Assembly (NCBI GenBank): GCA_016790045.1
Contig: JAEUPW010000003.1
Coordinates: 3,451-67,450 of the forward strand
DNA: 64,000 nucleotides
Source: Candidatus Competibacteraceae bacterium
GTDB lineage: Bacteria > Pseudomonadota > Gammaproteobacteria > Competibacterales > Competibacteraceae
Reading direction: 5' to 3'
Shown here: in pieces, positions 29,894 through 40,687 of the stretch
How positions within the stretch are numbered: the first letter of the stretch is position 1
Layout of the letters: each line of letters begins with the position of its first letter
Translations under genes and position numbers: made by a program
Notes under the pieces: generated by a model
Database searches by the model: none
The model's input: the letters and a program-made list of their open reading frames with translations, nothing else
What the model was told of the DNA's origin: nothing

Positions 29894-31015
29894 ATGAGCC
29901 ATACAGAAGCGCTCGCCCGCACGCCGCTTTACAAGCTGCATCTCGAACTCGGCGCGCGGATCGTTCCCTTCGCCGGCTACGAGATGCCGGTGCAATATCC
30001 CTCGGGCATCATCAAGGAGCACCTGCACACTCGCGGCCAAGCCGGCCTGTTCGACGTTTCGCACATGGGGCAGGCGCGGCTCTCCGGCCCCCAGGCGGCG
30101 GCGGCTTTGGAAACGCTGGTCCCCGTCGACCTCATCGACCTCCCGGCGGGCGGGCAGCGTTACGCTCTGTTCACCGACGAGCGCGGCGGCATCCTGGACG
30201 ATCTCATGGTCGCCAACAGCGGCGATTCGCTGTTCGTCGTGGTCAACGCCGCCTGCAAGCGGCAGGACATCGCGCACCTGCGCGCGCACCTGTCCGACCG
30301 GTGCCGGATCGAGGAGCTGGCCGACCGCGCGCTGCTGGCCCTGCAAGGTCCGGCGGCGGCGGCGGTGATGGCGCGGCTGGCCCCGGAAACCGCCAAGATG
30401 GTGTTCATGACTCACGCCCGGGCGACCCTGCTCGGCGCGCCTTGCTTTATCAGCCGCTCCGGCTACACCGGCGAGGACGGTTTCGAGATTTCCGTGCCCG
30501 CCGAAAAGGCCGAGGCACTGGCGCGCTGGTTGCTCGCGCAACCGGAGGTCGCGCCCATCGGCCTGGGCGCGCGCGACTCGCTCCGGCTGGAAGCGGGCTT
30601 GTGCCTGTACGGCCACGATATCGACGCGACCACCACGCCGGTCGAGGCCGGCCTGGTTTGGGCGCTGTCCAAGGCACGACGGCGCGACGGCGCTCGACCG
30701 GGCGGCTATCCCGGCGCGGACATAATCTTCCGGCAACTGGCCGACGGCGTCGCCCGCAAGCGCGTCGGCCTGTTGCCGGCCGGCAAGATGCCGGTGCGTG
30801 ACGGGGCCGAACTGGTGGACGCCGGCGACCGCGCGGTCGGTCGAGTGACCAGCGGCGGTTTCGGCCCGACCTTGGGCGGCCCCGTGGCGATGGCTTATGT
30901 CGAGAGCGCGTCGAGCGCGCCGGGAACTCCGCTCAACGCCATCGTGCGCGGCAAGCCGGTTCCCGTCGAGGTGGCGAAAACGCCGTTCGTGGCGCAGCGC
31001 TATTACCGGGGTTGA
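29894..31015 (+). CDS. gcvT: Aminomethyltransferase (glycine cleavage T protein)
   Basis: FAGYEMPVQY, GLFDVSHMG, SRSGYTGEDGFEI, GLGARDSLRLEAG. Confidence 0.96.
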   Translation: MSHTEALARTPLYKLHLELGARIVPFAGYEMPVQYPSGIIKEHLHTRGQAGLFDVSHMGQARLSGPQAAAALETLVPVDLIDLPAGGQRYALFTDERGGILDDLMVANSGDSLFVVVNAACKRQDIAHLRAHLSDRCRIEELADRALLALQGPAAAAVMARLAPETAKMVFMTHARATLLGAPCFISRSGYTGEDGFEISVPAEKAEALARWLLAQPEVAPIGLGARDSLRLEAGLCLYGHDIDATTTPVEAGLVWALSKARRRDGARPGGYPGADIIFRQLADGVARKRVGLLPAGKMPVRDGAELVDAGDRAVGRVTSGGFGPTLGGPVAMAYVESASSAPGTPLNAIVRGKPVPVEVAKTPFVAQRYYRG

Positions 31016-31462
31016 CCGCTGAAAACCGCCGCCTCGGACGGGCGCGCCCCCCGGCTCCCTCCTCGGGCTGAACCCCCGCCCGTAGCGGCTCGACCGCCCG
31101 GATCGGGAGCGCTGATGCCGGCCTGTCCGGCGTCGGGTTTGGCGGCTGCCGGCCGGGTTGCCGACAGCGCCTCCCGAACCGGCCCGGTATAGCGCGACAC
31201 CCCAAAGAGGTCGGCATGCGGCTCAATACTCGGTTTTTTGACCGGATCGGCATCTTCCAGGAGATGCTGTCGGTCTTCGCCGCGCGGCGGCCGAACGTGA
31301 CGGCGGCCATTTGCGGACATCGCACAGGCGCTTCCCAAAAGGACGGCGGCAAAACGCTCAGGCTGGGCATCTGGAGAATGCTCGAATCCGCCGCCGCGTT
31401 TTGTCCCGCAGCCGACCCGATCACCGACACTCCATAACACCAAAAGTGAGGACACGATTTCG

Positions 31463-32848
31463 ATGAGCCTTCTACGCTCGTATCTGCGCATTTCCCTGGT
31501 CACCCGAATCGCTGTCGGCTTCCTGCTCGGCGCGGCCATCGGCGGCATCCTGTGGTACGCCTCGGTCGCTTTCGGCGCGAAAGAAGCCGTGCAGCAAGCC
31601 ATGCGTTACGCTTCGCCGTTCGGCACCGTGTTCATCGGCATGCTGAAAATGATCGTGGTGCCCATCGTTTTCCTTTCGCTGGTGGGCGGCGCGGCTTCGC
31701 TGCCGCTGCAAAAACTGGGCAAAGTCGGCGGCAAGGTGATCGGCTGGTATTTCGCGACCATGGCCTTTGCCGCCGTGCTGGGCATCGCCTTGGCGCGCTG
31801 GGTCAATCCGGGCGCCGGCGCTTCGCTGGAAGGCTGGAAGGAGCTGGCGCAGCAGTTCGGCTCGCAGGCGCAAAGCGTGGCGACCGCAGCGGCGCCCAAG
31901 TCGCTGGTCGATATTTTGGAAAAGCTGTTGCTCGATTTCTTCCAAAATCCCTTCAACGCGCTGGCCAACGGCAATTTTCTGGCCATCATCGCCTTCGCGA
32001 TCCTGTTTGGGATCAGCGTTCGACTGGTGCTCGAATCGACCAGGGACCCGGCGGTTCAAGCCAAAATGACGACGGTGATCGACCTGTTCGACGCCGCCAT
32101 GCTGGCGATGAACAAAATCATCGACTTCGTGATGAATTATTCGCCCATCGGCGTGTTTTTCCTGTCGATGGTGATTTTCTCGGTTTATGGTCCGGCCATC
32201 ATCGGCCCTTATGTGACCGTGCTGTTCGGCGTGGCGGCGGGTATTTTGTTTATGATTTTTGTCGCCTATCCGATCCTGATCAGCCTGATCGTGCGCAAGA
32301 ACCCCTACCGGATTCTGGGCAAGATGCGCGAGGCCATGATCATGGCCTTTGTCACCCGCTCCAGCGCGGCCACCTTACCGGTGTCCATGAAAGTCTCGGA
32401 GCAAAATCTCGGCATCAACCGCGAGCTAGCCAGCTTTTCGCTGCCGCTGGGCGCGACGATCAACATGGACGGCGTGTGCATCCACTTGCCGATGTTCGCG
32501 ATCTTGGCCGCCAACATGTTCGGCATTCATCTCGGCTTCGGCGATCTCGCGCTCATGACCGTGACCACGGTGCTGGCGGCGGTGGGGACCGGCGGCGTCC
32601 CCGGCGGCAGTCTGATGCTGCTGTTCATCATCCTGGGCGCGATCGGGCTGGACGCCTCCCAGATCGCGGTGATCGTCGCCCTGGCCATCGGCATCAACCC
32701 GATTCTCGATATGTTCGAGACGATGGCCAACGTGACCGGCGACATTCTCTGCACCTACTCGGTCGCGTCGCTGGAGGGTCTGGTCAGCGAACCGCAGCCT
32801 GAGGAAAGCGCCGTCGGTCCGGCCGTCAGCCGAGCCACTACCGCCTGA
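31463..32848 (+). CDS. Dicarboxylate/amino acid:cation symporter (DAACS; probably serine/alanine/glycine)
   Basis: LKMIVVP, TRSSAATLP, GATINMDG, GVPGG, DMFETMANVTGD. Directly upstream of sdaA. Confidence 0.9.
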   Translation: MSLLRSYLRISLVTRIAVGFLLGAAIGGILWYASVAFGAKEAVQQAMRYASPFGTVFIGMLKMIVVPIVFLSLVGGAASLPLQKLGKVGGKVIGWYFATMAFAAVLGIALARWVNPGAGASLEGWKELAQQFGSQAQSVATAAAPKSLVDILEKLLLDFFQNPFNALANGNFLAIIAFAILFGISVRLVLESTRDPAVQAKMTTVIDLFDAAMLAMNKIIDFVMNYSPIGVFFLSMVIFSVYGPAIIGPYVTVLFGVAAGILFMIFVAYPILISLIVRKNPYRILGKMREAMIMAFVTRSSAATLPVSMKVSEQNLGINRELASFSLPLGATINMDGVCIHLPMFAILAANMFGIHLGFGDLALMTVTTVLAAVGTGGVPGGSLMLLFIILGAIGLDASQIAVIVALAIGINPILDMFETMANVTGDILCTYSVASLEGLVSEPQPEESAVGPAVSRATTA

Positions 32849-32863
32849 CCGGGCGTTGCCGCC

Positions 32864-34243
<1,380 letters not shown>

Positions 34244-34605
34244 GGCGAGCGTTATCGCTTCACCTTCGCGGCTTGAGCCGGGAAGGTTTTTTAGCCCGGA
34301 TAGCCGCTACCGCCCACTCCCTGCGGCCTTGCGCGAGCGACGCGCCGGTATCGCGGTGCCGGGCAACATCGCGGCCGTCTCGGCAAGCCCCGTTTTGCGC
34401 GGTCGCAGCCCCCGAAAACGCTTTTCGCGAACAAACGCGCCAAGCGCGGTCGCGCCGTGAACCTTCAAGGCTTGCCGTCTCTCTAAAAGTGGCCAGCTTG
34501 AACGGAAAGCGGAGGGTGCGCGTTTCGCGTCCGCCGCCCGTCCCGAGACAGCCTGGGTTACCGCCACCGGTGGCACCACCGATCCAACGCTTATGGAGAT
34601 CGAAC

Positions 34606-34809
34606 ATGGCCAAGCAATCGGACACATCCAAGCCCATCCCGCCGCAAAGCCCCAAACCCGCCAAAGGTTCCAGCGCAGCGGACGGCGCGAAGGGCTCCGG
34701 CAAGAAATCCACCGCCAATCCTTCCGCCGGCGCCGAAAAGGCGCTGCGCGCCAATCCGGCCAAGGACACCCGGCCGCCGGCAAGTTCAAAATCCTCCCAC
34801 AAAGCCTAG
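34606..34809 (+). CDS. Small Lys/Ala/Ser/Pro-rich basic protein (67 aa)
   Basis: GGAG RBS 7 nt before the ATG. MAKQSDTSKP...SSHKA, low complexity, fills an otherwise empty intergenic gap. Confidence 0.6.
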   Translation: MAKQSDTSKPIPPQSPKPAKGSSAADGAKGSGKKSTANPSAGAEKALRANPAKDTRPPASSKSSHKA

Positions 34810-35036
34810 ACTTCCCCCGTTCGCCAACTTGTTCATCCGGTATCCCCCCAAACTTCCACAGCAACCTGCCGGAGCGTTTTGGGGGCCGCCCGATTGAGGA
34901 TCGAGCGGAGAAAGCGCGTATAAAGACGCTTTGACCAAGCGTTTTGCGGGGCTTCTGCACCTGGGGTTGAGCCAGATTTCGAGATCGCTCGGGTTTGGCT
35001 TAATTTTTTTCATTATTTTTGAAAGCAGACATCAGC

Positions 35037-36362
35037 ATGACAACGTCCCCGACGGTGTTTGAACTTTGGTGCCTCATTGTCGGCGCGCTGCTGATCGCCA
35101 TGGCGTTGTCGGGCACGTTGCTCAAGCGTCTGCCGATCAGCAGCGCGCTGCTGTATTTGGGCGTGGGCTATGGCCTTGGCCCCGGCGGCCTCGCGTTTCT
35201 GTCGCCCGACCCCTTCGCGCACACGGTTTTGCTGGAAAGGATGGCGGAAATCGCGGTGCTCATTTCGCTGTTCGCGGTCGGCCTGAAACTGGAGTTGCCG
35301 CTGGCGAGCAAACGCTGGCGGTTGCCGGTGCGGCTGGCTTCCGTGTCGATGGTGTTGACCGTGGCGCTCATCGCGCTGATCGGGGTCGAAGGTTTAGGGC
35401 TTTCGCCGGGCGCGGCGATTTTGCTGGGGGCGATCCTCGCGCCCACCGATCCGGTGCTCGCCTCCGATGTGCAAGTGACGGAAGCCAGCGCGCGCGACCG
35501 CTTGCGCCTGAGCTTGACCGGAGAAGGCGCTCTGAACGACGGGGCCGCCTTTCCGTTCGTCATGTTGGGCTTGGGGTTGCTGGGTCTGCACGAATTGGGC
35601 GAATCCGGCTGGCGATGGGTCGCGGTGGATGTGGTGTGGTCGATCGCGGCCGGATTGGCGATCGGCGGCGGCCTGGGCTGGCTGATCGGCAAGCTGGTCG
35701 TTTATTTGCGCAAGCGCCATCGGGAATCGGTCGGCCTCGAGGAGTTTTTGGCTCTCGGGCTGATCGCCTTGAGCTACGGCCTGGCGCTGGTCTGCCACAG
35801 CTACGGCTTTTTGGCGGTTTTCGCCGCCGGCATCGCGCTGGGGCGCGTGAAGGAACCGGCCGGGCACCGCGAGTTGCCGGCCGTCGCCAATGGGCTCAGC
35901 CCGCAGGACGCCAAAGAAAAATTGGCGACCCACCCGGAGTTGGCCGGCGTTTATCTCACGCGCGAGGTTCTGAATTTCAACGAGCAACTGGAACGGATCG
36001 CGGAGGTCGCGCTGGTGCTGGTGGTCGGGGCCATGCTGTCTTACGTGACGCTCCCGGCCAACATCGTGGGGTTTTGTTTGCTGCTGTTTCTCGTCGTTCG
36101 CCCGCTATCGGTCTACATCGGCTTGATCGGCGCGCCGGTCGGGGACAACCAGCGCGCCTTGATCGCGTGGTTCGGCATTCGGGGCATCGGTTCGATTTAC
36201 TACTTGATGTATGCCATCAACCACGAGCTGCCGCGCGACATCGCCGAGCAATTGCTCGCGTTCACCCTCCCCGCGGTGGCCGCGTCCATCGTCTTGCACG
36301 GCATTTCGGTCACCCCGCTGATGGCGCGCTACACCAGGAAGGGGGCGGAAGCGGGCGGTTGA
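35037..36362 (+). CDS. Cation:proton antiporter (CPA1/NhaP-like)
   Basis: About 12 TM helices, LAPTDPVLA, GEGALNDG, WFGIRGIGS. Confidence 0.9.
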   Translation: MTTSPTVFELWCLIVGALLIAMALSGTLLKRLPISSALLYLGVGYGLGPGGLAFLSPDPFAHTVLLERMAEIAVLISLFAVGLKLELPLASKRWRLPVRLASVSMVLTVALIALIGVEGLGLSPGAAILLGAILAPTDPVLASDVQVTEASARDRLRLSLTGEGALNDGAAFPFVMLGLGLLGLHELGESGWRWVAVDVVWSIAAGLAIGGGLGWLIGKLVVYLRKRHRESVGLEEFLALGLIALSYGLALVCHSYGFLAVFAAGIALGRVKEPAGHRELPAVANGLSPQDAKEKLATHPELAGVYLTREVLNFNEQLERIAEVALVLVVGAMLSYVTLPANIVGFCLLLFLVVRPLSVYIGLIGAPVGDNQRALIAWFGIRGIGSIYYLMYAINHELPRDIAEQLLAFTLPAVAASIVLHGISVTPLMARYTRKGAEAGG

Positions 36363-36453
36363 CGCCGCTCGCCAAGCCCCCGGCGCGCCCGCGCTCGCAA
36401 CGTCAAACGGCCCGAAGTTGCAAAGGCGCGACACCGAGTTGCGGAGAATCGCG

Positions 36454-38997
36454 CTACAGTTCCCGCAGGCTGCGCCAAGGCGGTTGACCGAGCGCCGAGC
36501 GCGCCCCGATCAAGCCGGCCAAACCCACGCCCACCACGCCCGCGATGGCGCCCAACAGCCAGACCCAGGCGTTCCAGCGATACGGAAAGTCGAACACCTG
36601 CACCGCGAGCACGTAGCTCAACACGGTCGCGGCGGCGGCGGCCAGCACCCCGGCCAGCAACCCCAGAGTGGCGAACTCCGCCAGCAGGCTTTCCCGCACC
36701 ACCGCCCGGCGCGCGCCCAAGGTGCGCAACACCGCGCTTTCGAACCGCCGCTCGTCCTGGGTGGCCTGAATCGCGGCGTACAACACCACCAGCCCGGCCG
36801 CCAGCGTGAACAGAAACACGTATTCGACCGCCGCGACCACCCGGTCCATGATCTCGCGGACTTTGCCCATCAGCGCGTCCACGTCCAGCACCGTCACCGA
36901 GGGATGTTGCCGGACCAATTCCGCCAGCAGCGGTTTCCGGTCCAAGGGCAAATGAAAGCTGGTGATCCAGGTCGCCGGATAAGCGTCCAGCACGCCGGGC
37001 GGAAACATCACGAAAAAATTGACCCGAAACGAATCCCATTCCACGGTGCGCAGGCTGGTGGTTTTAGCCTCCAAAGTCTGGCCGGCGATCTGAAATCGCA
37101 GGGTATCGCCCAGGCCGATGCCGAGCAGTTCGGCCAAACCCTTCTCCACCGAAGCGACTCCCTGGCCTCGCTCCGCCGCGCCCCACCAGCGACCGGCAAT
37201 GATGTGGTTGTCATCTTGCAAGCGCTCGGCCCACGAGAGGTTGTATTCCCGTTCGACCAAACGCTTGGCGCGCGGGTTGTCGAAGTCCTCCGGCGCGATG
37301 GCCCGACCGTTGATCGCCGTCATCCGCCCCCGCACCATCGGAAACAGCTCGACGCCGGTCAGGCCGCGCTCGCGCAAAAACGCTTGCACGCGATCCACCT
37401 CGCCGGGCTGGATGTTGATCAGGAAATGGTTGGGCGCATCGGCCGGCAAACTGGCGCGCCAACTGGTCAGCAAATCGGCGCGCACCAGCGTCAGCACCAG
37501 CAAAGCCATCAACCCCAAACCCAGCGCCACCACTTGCGCCGCGCTGCCGGGACCGCGCCGGGCGATGTTGGCCAAGCCGAACCGCCAGGCCACCCCGACC
37601 CGGCCGCGCAGCAGGTTCAAGGCCTTGACCAAGCCCCAGGCCGCCAGCGACAGCGCGATCACCGTTCCCGCCACGCCGGCGCACACGTAGAGCGCCAAGC
37701 GCCATTCGCCCGCCTGCCAGACCAGCAGCGCGGCGGTCGCCAGCACGGCGGGGCCGTACAGCGCCAACAGGCGCGAATCGACCGGCCCGAGATCGCGCCG
37801 CAACACCCGCAGCGGCGGCACTTCCCGCAGCCGCAATAGCGGCGGCAAGGCAAAACCCAGCAACGTGACGAAGCCGGTCAGCAGCGCCGGCACCACTGGC
37901 CGCCAGGACGGCGGCGGCAATTCGGCGCGGCTGACCAATTGCCCGAGCACGCCGCTCAAGCCGTACTGGGTCAGATAACCGACCGCCAGACCCGCCGCGC
38001 CGGCCAGCGCCGCCAGCAGCAGCAGTTCGAGCGCGAACAGCCGGGTCACCAAGGCTTGCGTGGCCCCGACGCAGCGCAGGATCGCCACGCTGTCCCAGTG
38101 GCGGGCGGCGAAGCGGCGGGCGGCGATGGCGATGCCCACGCCCGCCAGAATCACGCTGACCAGCGCCGCCAAATTCAAAAACCGCTCGGCCCGCTCCAGC
38201 GCCACCCGCAACTCGACCCGCGCGTCGCGCACGCTTTGCAATTTCTCGCCGGCCTTCAACAGCGGTCCCGCCGCATCTTTAAACGCTTGCAGCGCGGCGG
38301 GTTCTCCGGCGACCAACAGCCGGTATTCGGCCCGGCTGCCGGGCTGGATCAACTGGGTCGAGGGGATGTCGGCCACATTCAACAGCGCGCGCGGGGCGAG
38401 ACTGAACAGGTCACCCGCCCGATCCGGCTCGTACGCCAGCACCTGAGCGATTTGAAAAGCGCGCGCGCCGAGGTTGACGCTATCGCCGACTTTGAGCCCC
38501 AGCGCTTGCAGCAAGCGCTCGTCCAGCCAGACCTGACCGGGTTCGGGAATCGCCGTCGCCACGCGGGCGGGCGCGAACGGCTGGTCGCTGATTTGCAGCG
38601 CGCCGCGCAGCGGATAGCCGGGCCCGGCCGCCTTAACCTCGGCCAACTGGGTCAGATCGCCGGACACCACCACGCTGCGAAAATTGAGCAGTTCGGCGGT
38701 CGAAAGACCTTGCCGGCGGGCCGCGTCCGCCAGCGCCGGTTGCAGGGGGTTCGGCGCGCTGACCGCCAGATCGGCCCCCAACAATTCGCTGGCCTTGCGC
38801 TCCATCGCCTGCTGGATGCGGTCGGTGAAAAAGCCGACGGCGGCGACGCTGGCGACCGCGATCAACAAAGCGGCCGCCAGCACTCGCAACTCGCCCGCCC
38901 GCCAGTCGCGGCGCAGCGCCCGCCACGCCATCCGCGCCAGCGCCGACCACGGCTGGAGCGGGGTTTTATCCTCAGGGCTCACGCTATCGGCTGACAT
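36454..38997 (-). CDS. ybbP: YbbP-like FtsX-type ABC transporter permease
   Basis: RRDWRAGEL, GYPLRG, APNHFLINIQ, VEWDSFRVNF. Conserved ybbP-ybbA/tesA synteny. Confidence 0.85.
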   Translation of the reverse strand: MSADSVSPEDKTPLQPWSALARMAWRALRRDWRAGELRVLAAALLIAVASVAAVGFFTDRIQQAMERKASELLGADLAVSAPNPLQPALADAARRQGLSTAELLNFRSVVVSGDLTQLAEVKAAGPGYPLRGALQISDQPFAPARVATAIPEPGQVWLDERLLQALGLKVGDSVNLGARAFQIAQVLAYEPDRAGDLFSLAPRALLNVADIPSTQLIQPGSRAEYRLLVAGEPAALQAFKDAAGPLLKAGEKLQSVRDARVELRVALERAERFLNLAALVSVILAGVGIAIAARRFAARHWDSVAILRCVGATQALVTRLFALELLLLAALAGAAGLAVGYLTQYGLSGVLGQLVSRAELPPPSWRPVVPALLTGFVTLLGFALPPLLRLREVPPLRVLRRDLGPVDSRLLALYGPAVLATAALLVWQAGEWRLALYVCAGVAGTVIALSLAAWGLVKALNLLRGRVGVAWRFGLANIARRGPGSAAQVVALGLGLMALLVLTLVRADLLTSWRASLPADAPNHFLINIQPGEVDRVQAFLRERGLTGVELFPMVRGRMTAINGRAIAPEDFDNPRAKRLVEREYNLSWAERLQDDNHIIAGRWWGAAERGQGVASVEKGLAELLGIGLGDTLRFQIAGQTLEAKTTSLRTVEWDSFRVNFFVMFPPGVLDAYPATWITSFHLPLDRKPLLAELVRQHPSVTVLDVDALMGKVREIMDRVVAAVEYVFLFTLAAGLVVLYAAIQATQDERRFESAVLRTLGARRAVVRESLLAEFATLGLLAGVLAAAAATVLSYVLAVQVFDFPYRWNAWVWLLGAIAGVVGVGLAGLIGARSALGQPPWRSLREL

Positions 38998-39001
38998 GGC
39001 G

Positions 39002-39766
39002 CTAGCGGGCCTCCGCGTTGTGTTTTTCGCCGCGCAAGCGCCCGTCGTCCAATTCCAAAATCCGGTCGCAGTAAGCCGCCAATTCCGGGTCGTGCGTCAC
39101 CAGCACCAAGGTCGTCCCGTGTTCGCGATTGAGCGCGAACAGCAACTCGATGATGCGATGCCCGGTCTTTTGGTCGAGATTGCCGGTCGGCTCGTCGGCG
39201 AACAGCACGTCGGGATTGCCGGCGAAGGCGCGGGCGATGGCCACCCGCTGTTGCTCGCCGCCCGACAGTTGGCTGGGATAGTGGCGGGCGCGGGCCTTCA
39301 AGCCGACCCGGTCCAAAAGCTCCAGCGCCAGCCGGCCGGCCTCGGCCTGACCCGCCAATTCCAGCGGCAGCATCACGTTTTCCAGCGCGGTCAGACCGAG
39401 CAGCAACTGGAAGGATTGAAACACGAAGCCGACCCGTTGCGCCCGCAGCAGCGCCCGGCCATCCTCGTCCAAACCGCCGAGGTCCACCCCGGCCAGCCAC
39501 ACGCGGCCCTGGCTTGGCGTATCCAAACCCGCCAGCAAGCTCAGCAACGTGGACTTGCCGGACCCGGACGCGCCGACCACGGCCACGCGCTCGCCCCGGC
39601 CGATCTGAAAATGGATCGCGTCCAGAATGACCAGCGGGCCTTCCGGGCTGATGACCTGCTTGCGCAGGTTTTCCGCCCGCACGATGGTCTCGCTCCGATT
39701 GTCTGATCGTGGCGCGCCGGTTACGCTAACGCCGCTGCCCGCTTCCTGGTCAACATCCACCCGCAT
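39002..39766 (-). CDS. ybbA: YbbA-like ABC transporter ATPase
   Basis: [34 protein letters not shown] 39766 with GGGAG RBS. Confidence 0.88.
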   Translation of the reverse strand: MRVDVDQEAGSGVSVTGAPRSDNRSETIVRAENLRKQVISPEGPLVILDAIHFQIGRGERVAVVGASGSGKSTLLSLLAGLDTPSQGRVWLAGVDLGGLDEDGRALLRAQRVGFVFQSFQLLLGLTALENVMLPLELAGQAEAGRLALELLDRVGLKARARHYPSQLSGGEQQRVAIARAFAGNPDVLFADEPTGNLDQKTGHRIIELLFALNREHGTTLVLVTHDPELAAYCDRILELDDGRLRGEKHNAEAR

Positions 39767-39780
39767 GACGCCATTCTCCC

Positions 39781-40413
39781 ATGATGAAAACGAAGGCCTT
39801 GAAACCATTATCGATCCTGCTTTGGCTGAGCGCGCTGCTCTGGATGGTACCCGCCCGCGCCGACGCTCCGGTCATTTTGATTTTGGGCGACAGCTTGAGC
39901 GCCGGTTACGGCATTCCCATCGAGCGCGGCTGGGTCAACTTGTTGCAAGCCCGGCTCGTGGAGCGCGGCTTTCCGCATCGCGTGGTCAACGCCAGCATCA
40001 GCGGCGACACCACCAGCGGCGGCTTAAGCCGGTTGCCGGCGGCGCTGGCGCGCGAGCGGCCCGCTATCGTGGTGCTGGAACTGGGCGCTAACGATGGCTT
40101 GCGCGGCCAATCGCCCCCGACCATCCGCGACAATCTGGCGCGGCTGATCGAGCTTTCCCAACAAGCCGGGGCGCGGGTGCTGCTGGCCGAAATGCGGGTT
40201 CCGCCGAATTATGGCCCTTCCTACACGCAAAAGTTTCAGGCGATGTTCACCGAGCTGGCCCAGCGTTACGCGATCCCGCTGATCCCCTTCCTGCTCGCCG
40301 GCGTGGCGGGCGATCCGGCCTTGACTCTGGACGATGGCTTGCACCCGCGCGCCGAAGGCCAGCAGCGGATTTTAGACAACGTTTGGCCGACGCTGGAGCC
40401 GGTTTTGCGCTAA
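39781..40413 (+). CDS. tesA: Arylesterase/acyl-CoA thioesterase I (GDSL/SGNH)
   Basis: Signal peptide, GDSLSAGY, NASISGDTT, ELGANDGLRG, DGLHP. Confidence 0.93.
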   Translation: MMKTKALKPLSILLWLSALLWMVPARADAPVILILGDSLSAGYGIPIERGWVNLLQARLVERGFPHRVVNASISGDTTSGGLSRLPAALARERPAIVVLELGANDGLRGQSPPTIRDNLARLIELSQQAGARVLLAEMRVPPNYGPSYTQKFQAMFTELAQRYAIPLIPFLLAGVAGDPALTLDDGLHPRAEGQQRILDNVWPTLEPVLR

Positions 40414-40611
40414 ACCCGCAACTCAAACGCCGGCGAGACGCCCGCGATCGCCGCCCAAAATGGAGGCGAGATTTTTTCGTGCGCTGGCATTCGCTCGCGC
40501 TCAACACTGAACCCGCATGGCCGCATGGCCGGACATCGGCGGGCGACCCCAGAGCTTGACTGGCCGCTTATCGAGCGCTAACGCCTTCAAAAACAGGCCG
40601 TTACTTTCGGG

Positions 40612-40628
40612 TGCGGCAATTTGTCACA
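40612..40628 (+). promoter_or_regulatory. Putative RegA box 1 (TBDR operon promoter)
   Basis: TGCGGCAATTTGTCACA, 24 nt upstream of TAAAAT (40653-40658). Resembles boxes 2 and 3 and the GCG(G/A)C...GNCGC RegA/PrrA consensus. Confidence 0.65.
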
Positions 40629-40687
40629 TTCAAATGGACGCGACCTTGTCCCTAAAATGAGCGGATGCTCTGAAGGGAACACTTTGA

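Noticed and set aside
34244-34594. Possible 6S RNA or c-di-GMP-I riboswitch (GACAGCCTGGGTTACC near 34548-34563)
   Set aside because: Only a short 3'-like fragment. The GAAA-loop/GCAAA core and the 6S long-hairpin architecture and synteny are not evident. Would need cmscan to revive.
39767-39780. Only 14 bp between divergent ybbA and tesA starts
   Set aside because: Tight head-to-head ybbA/tesA arrangement is a known conserved feature.
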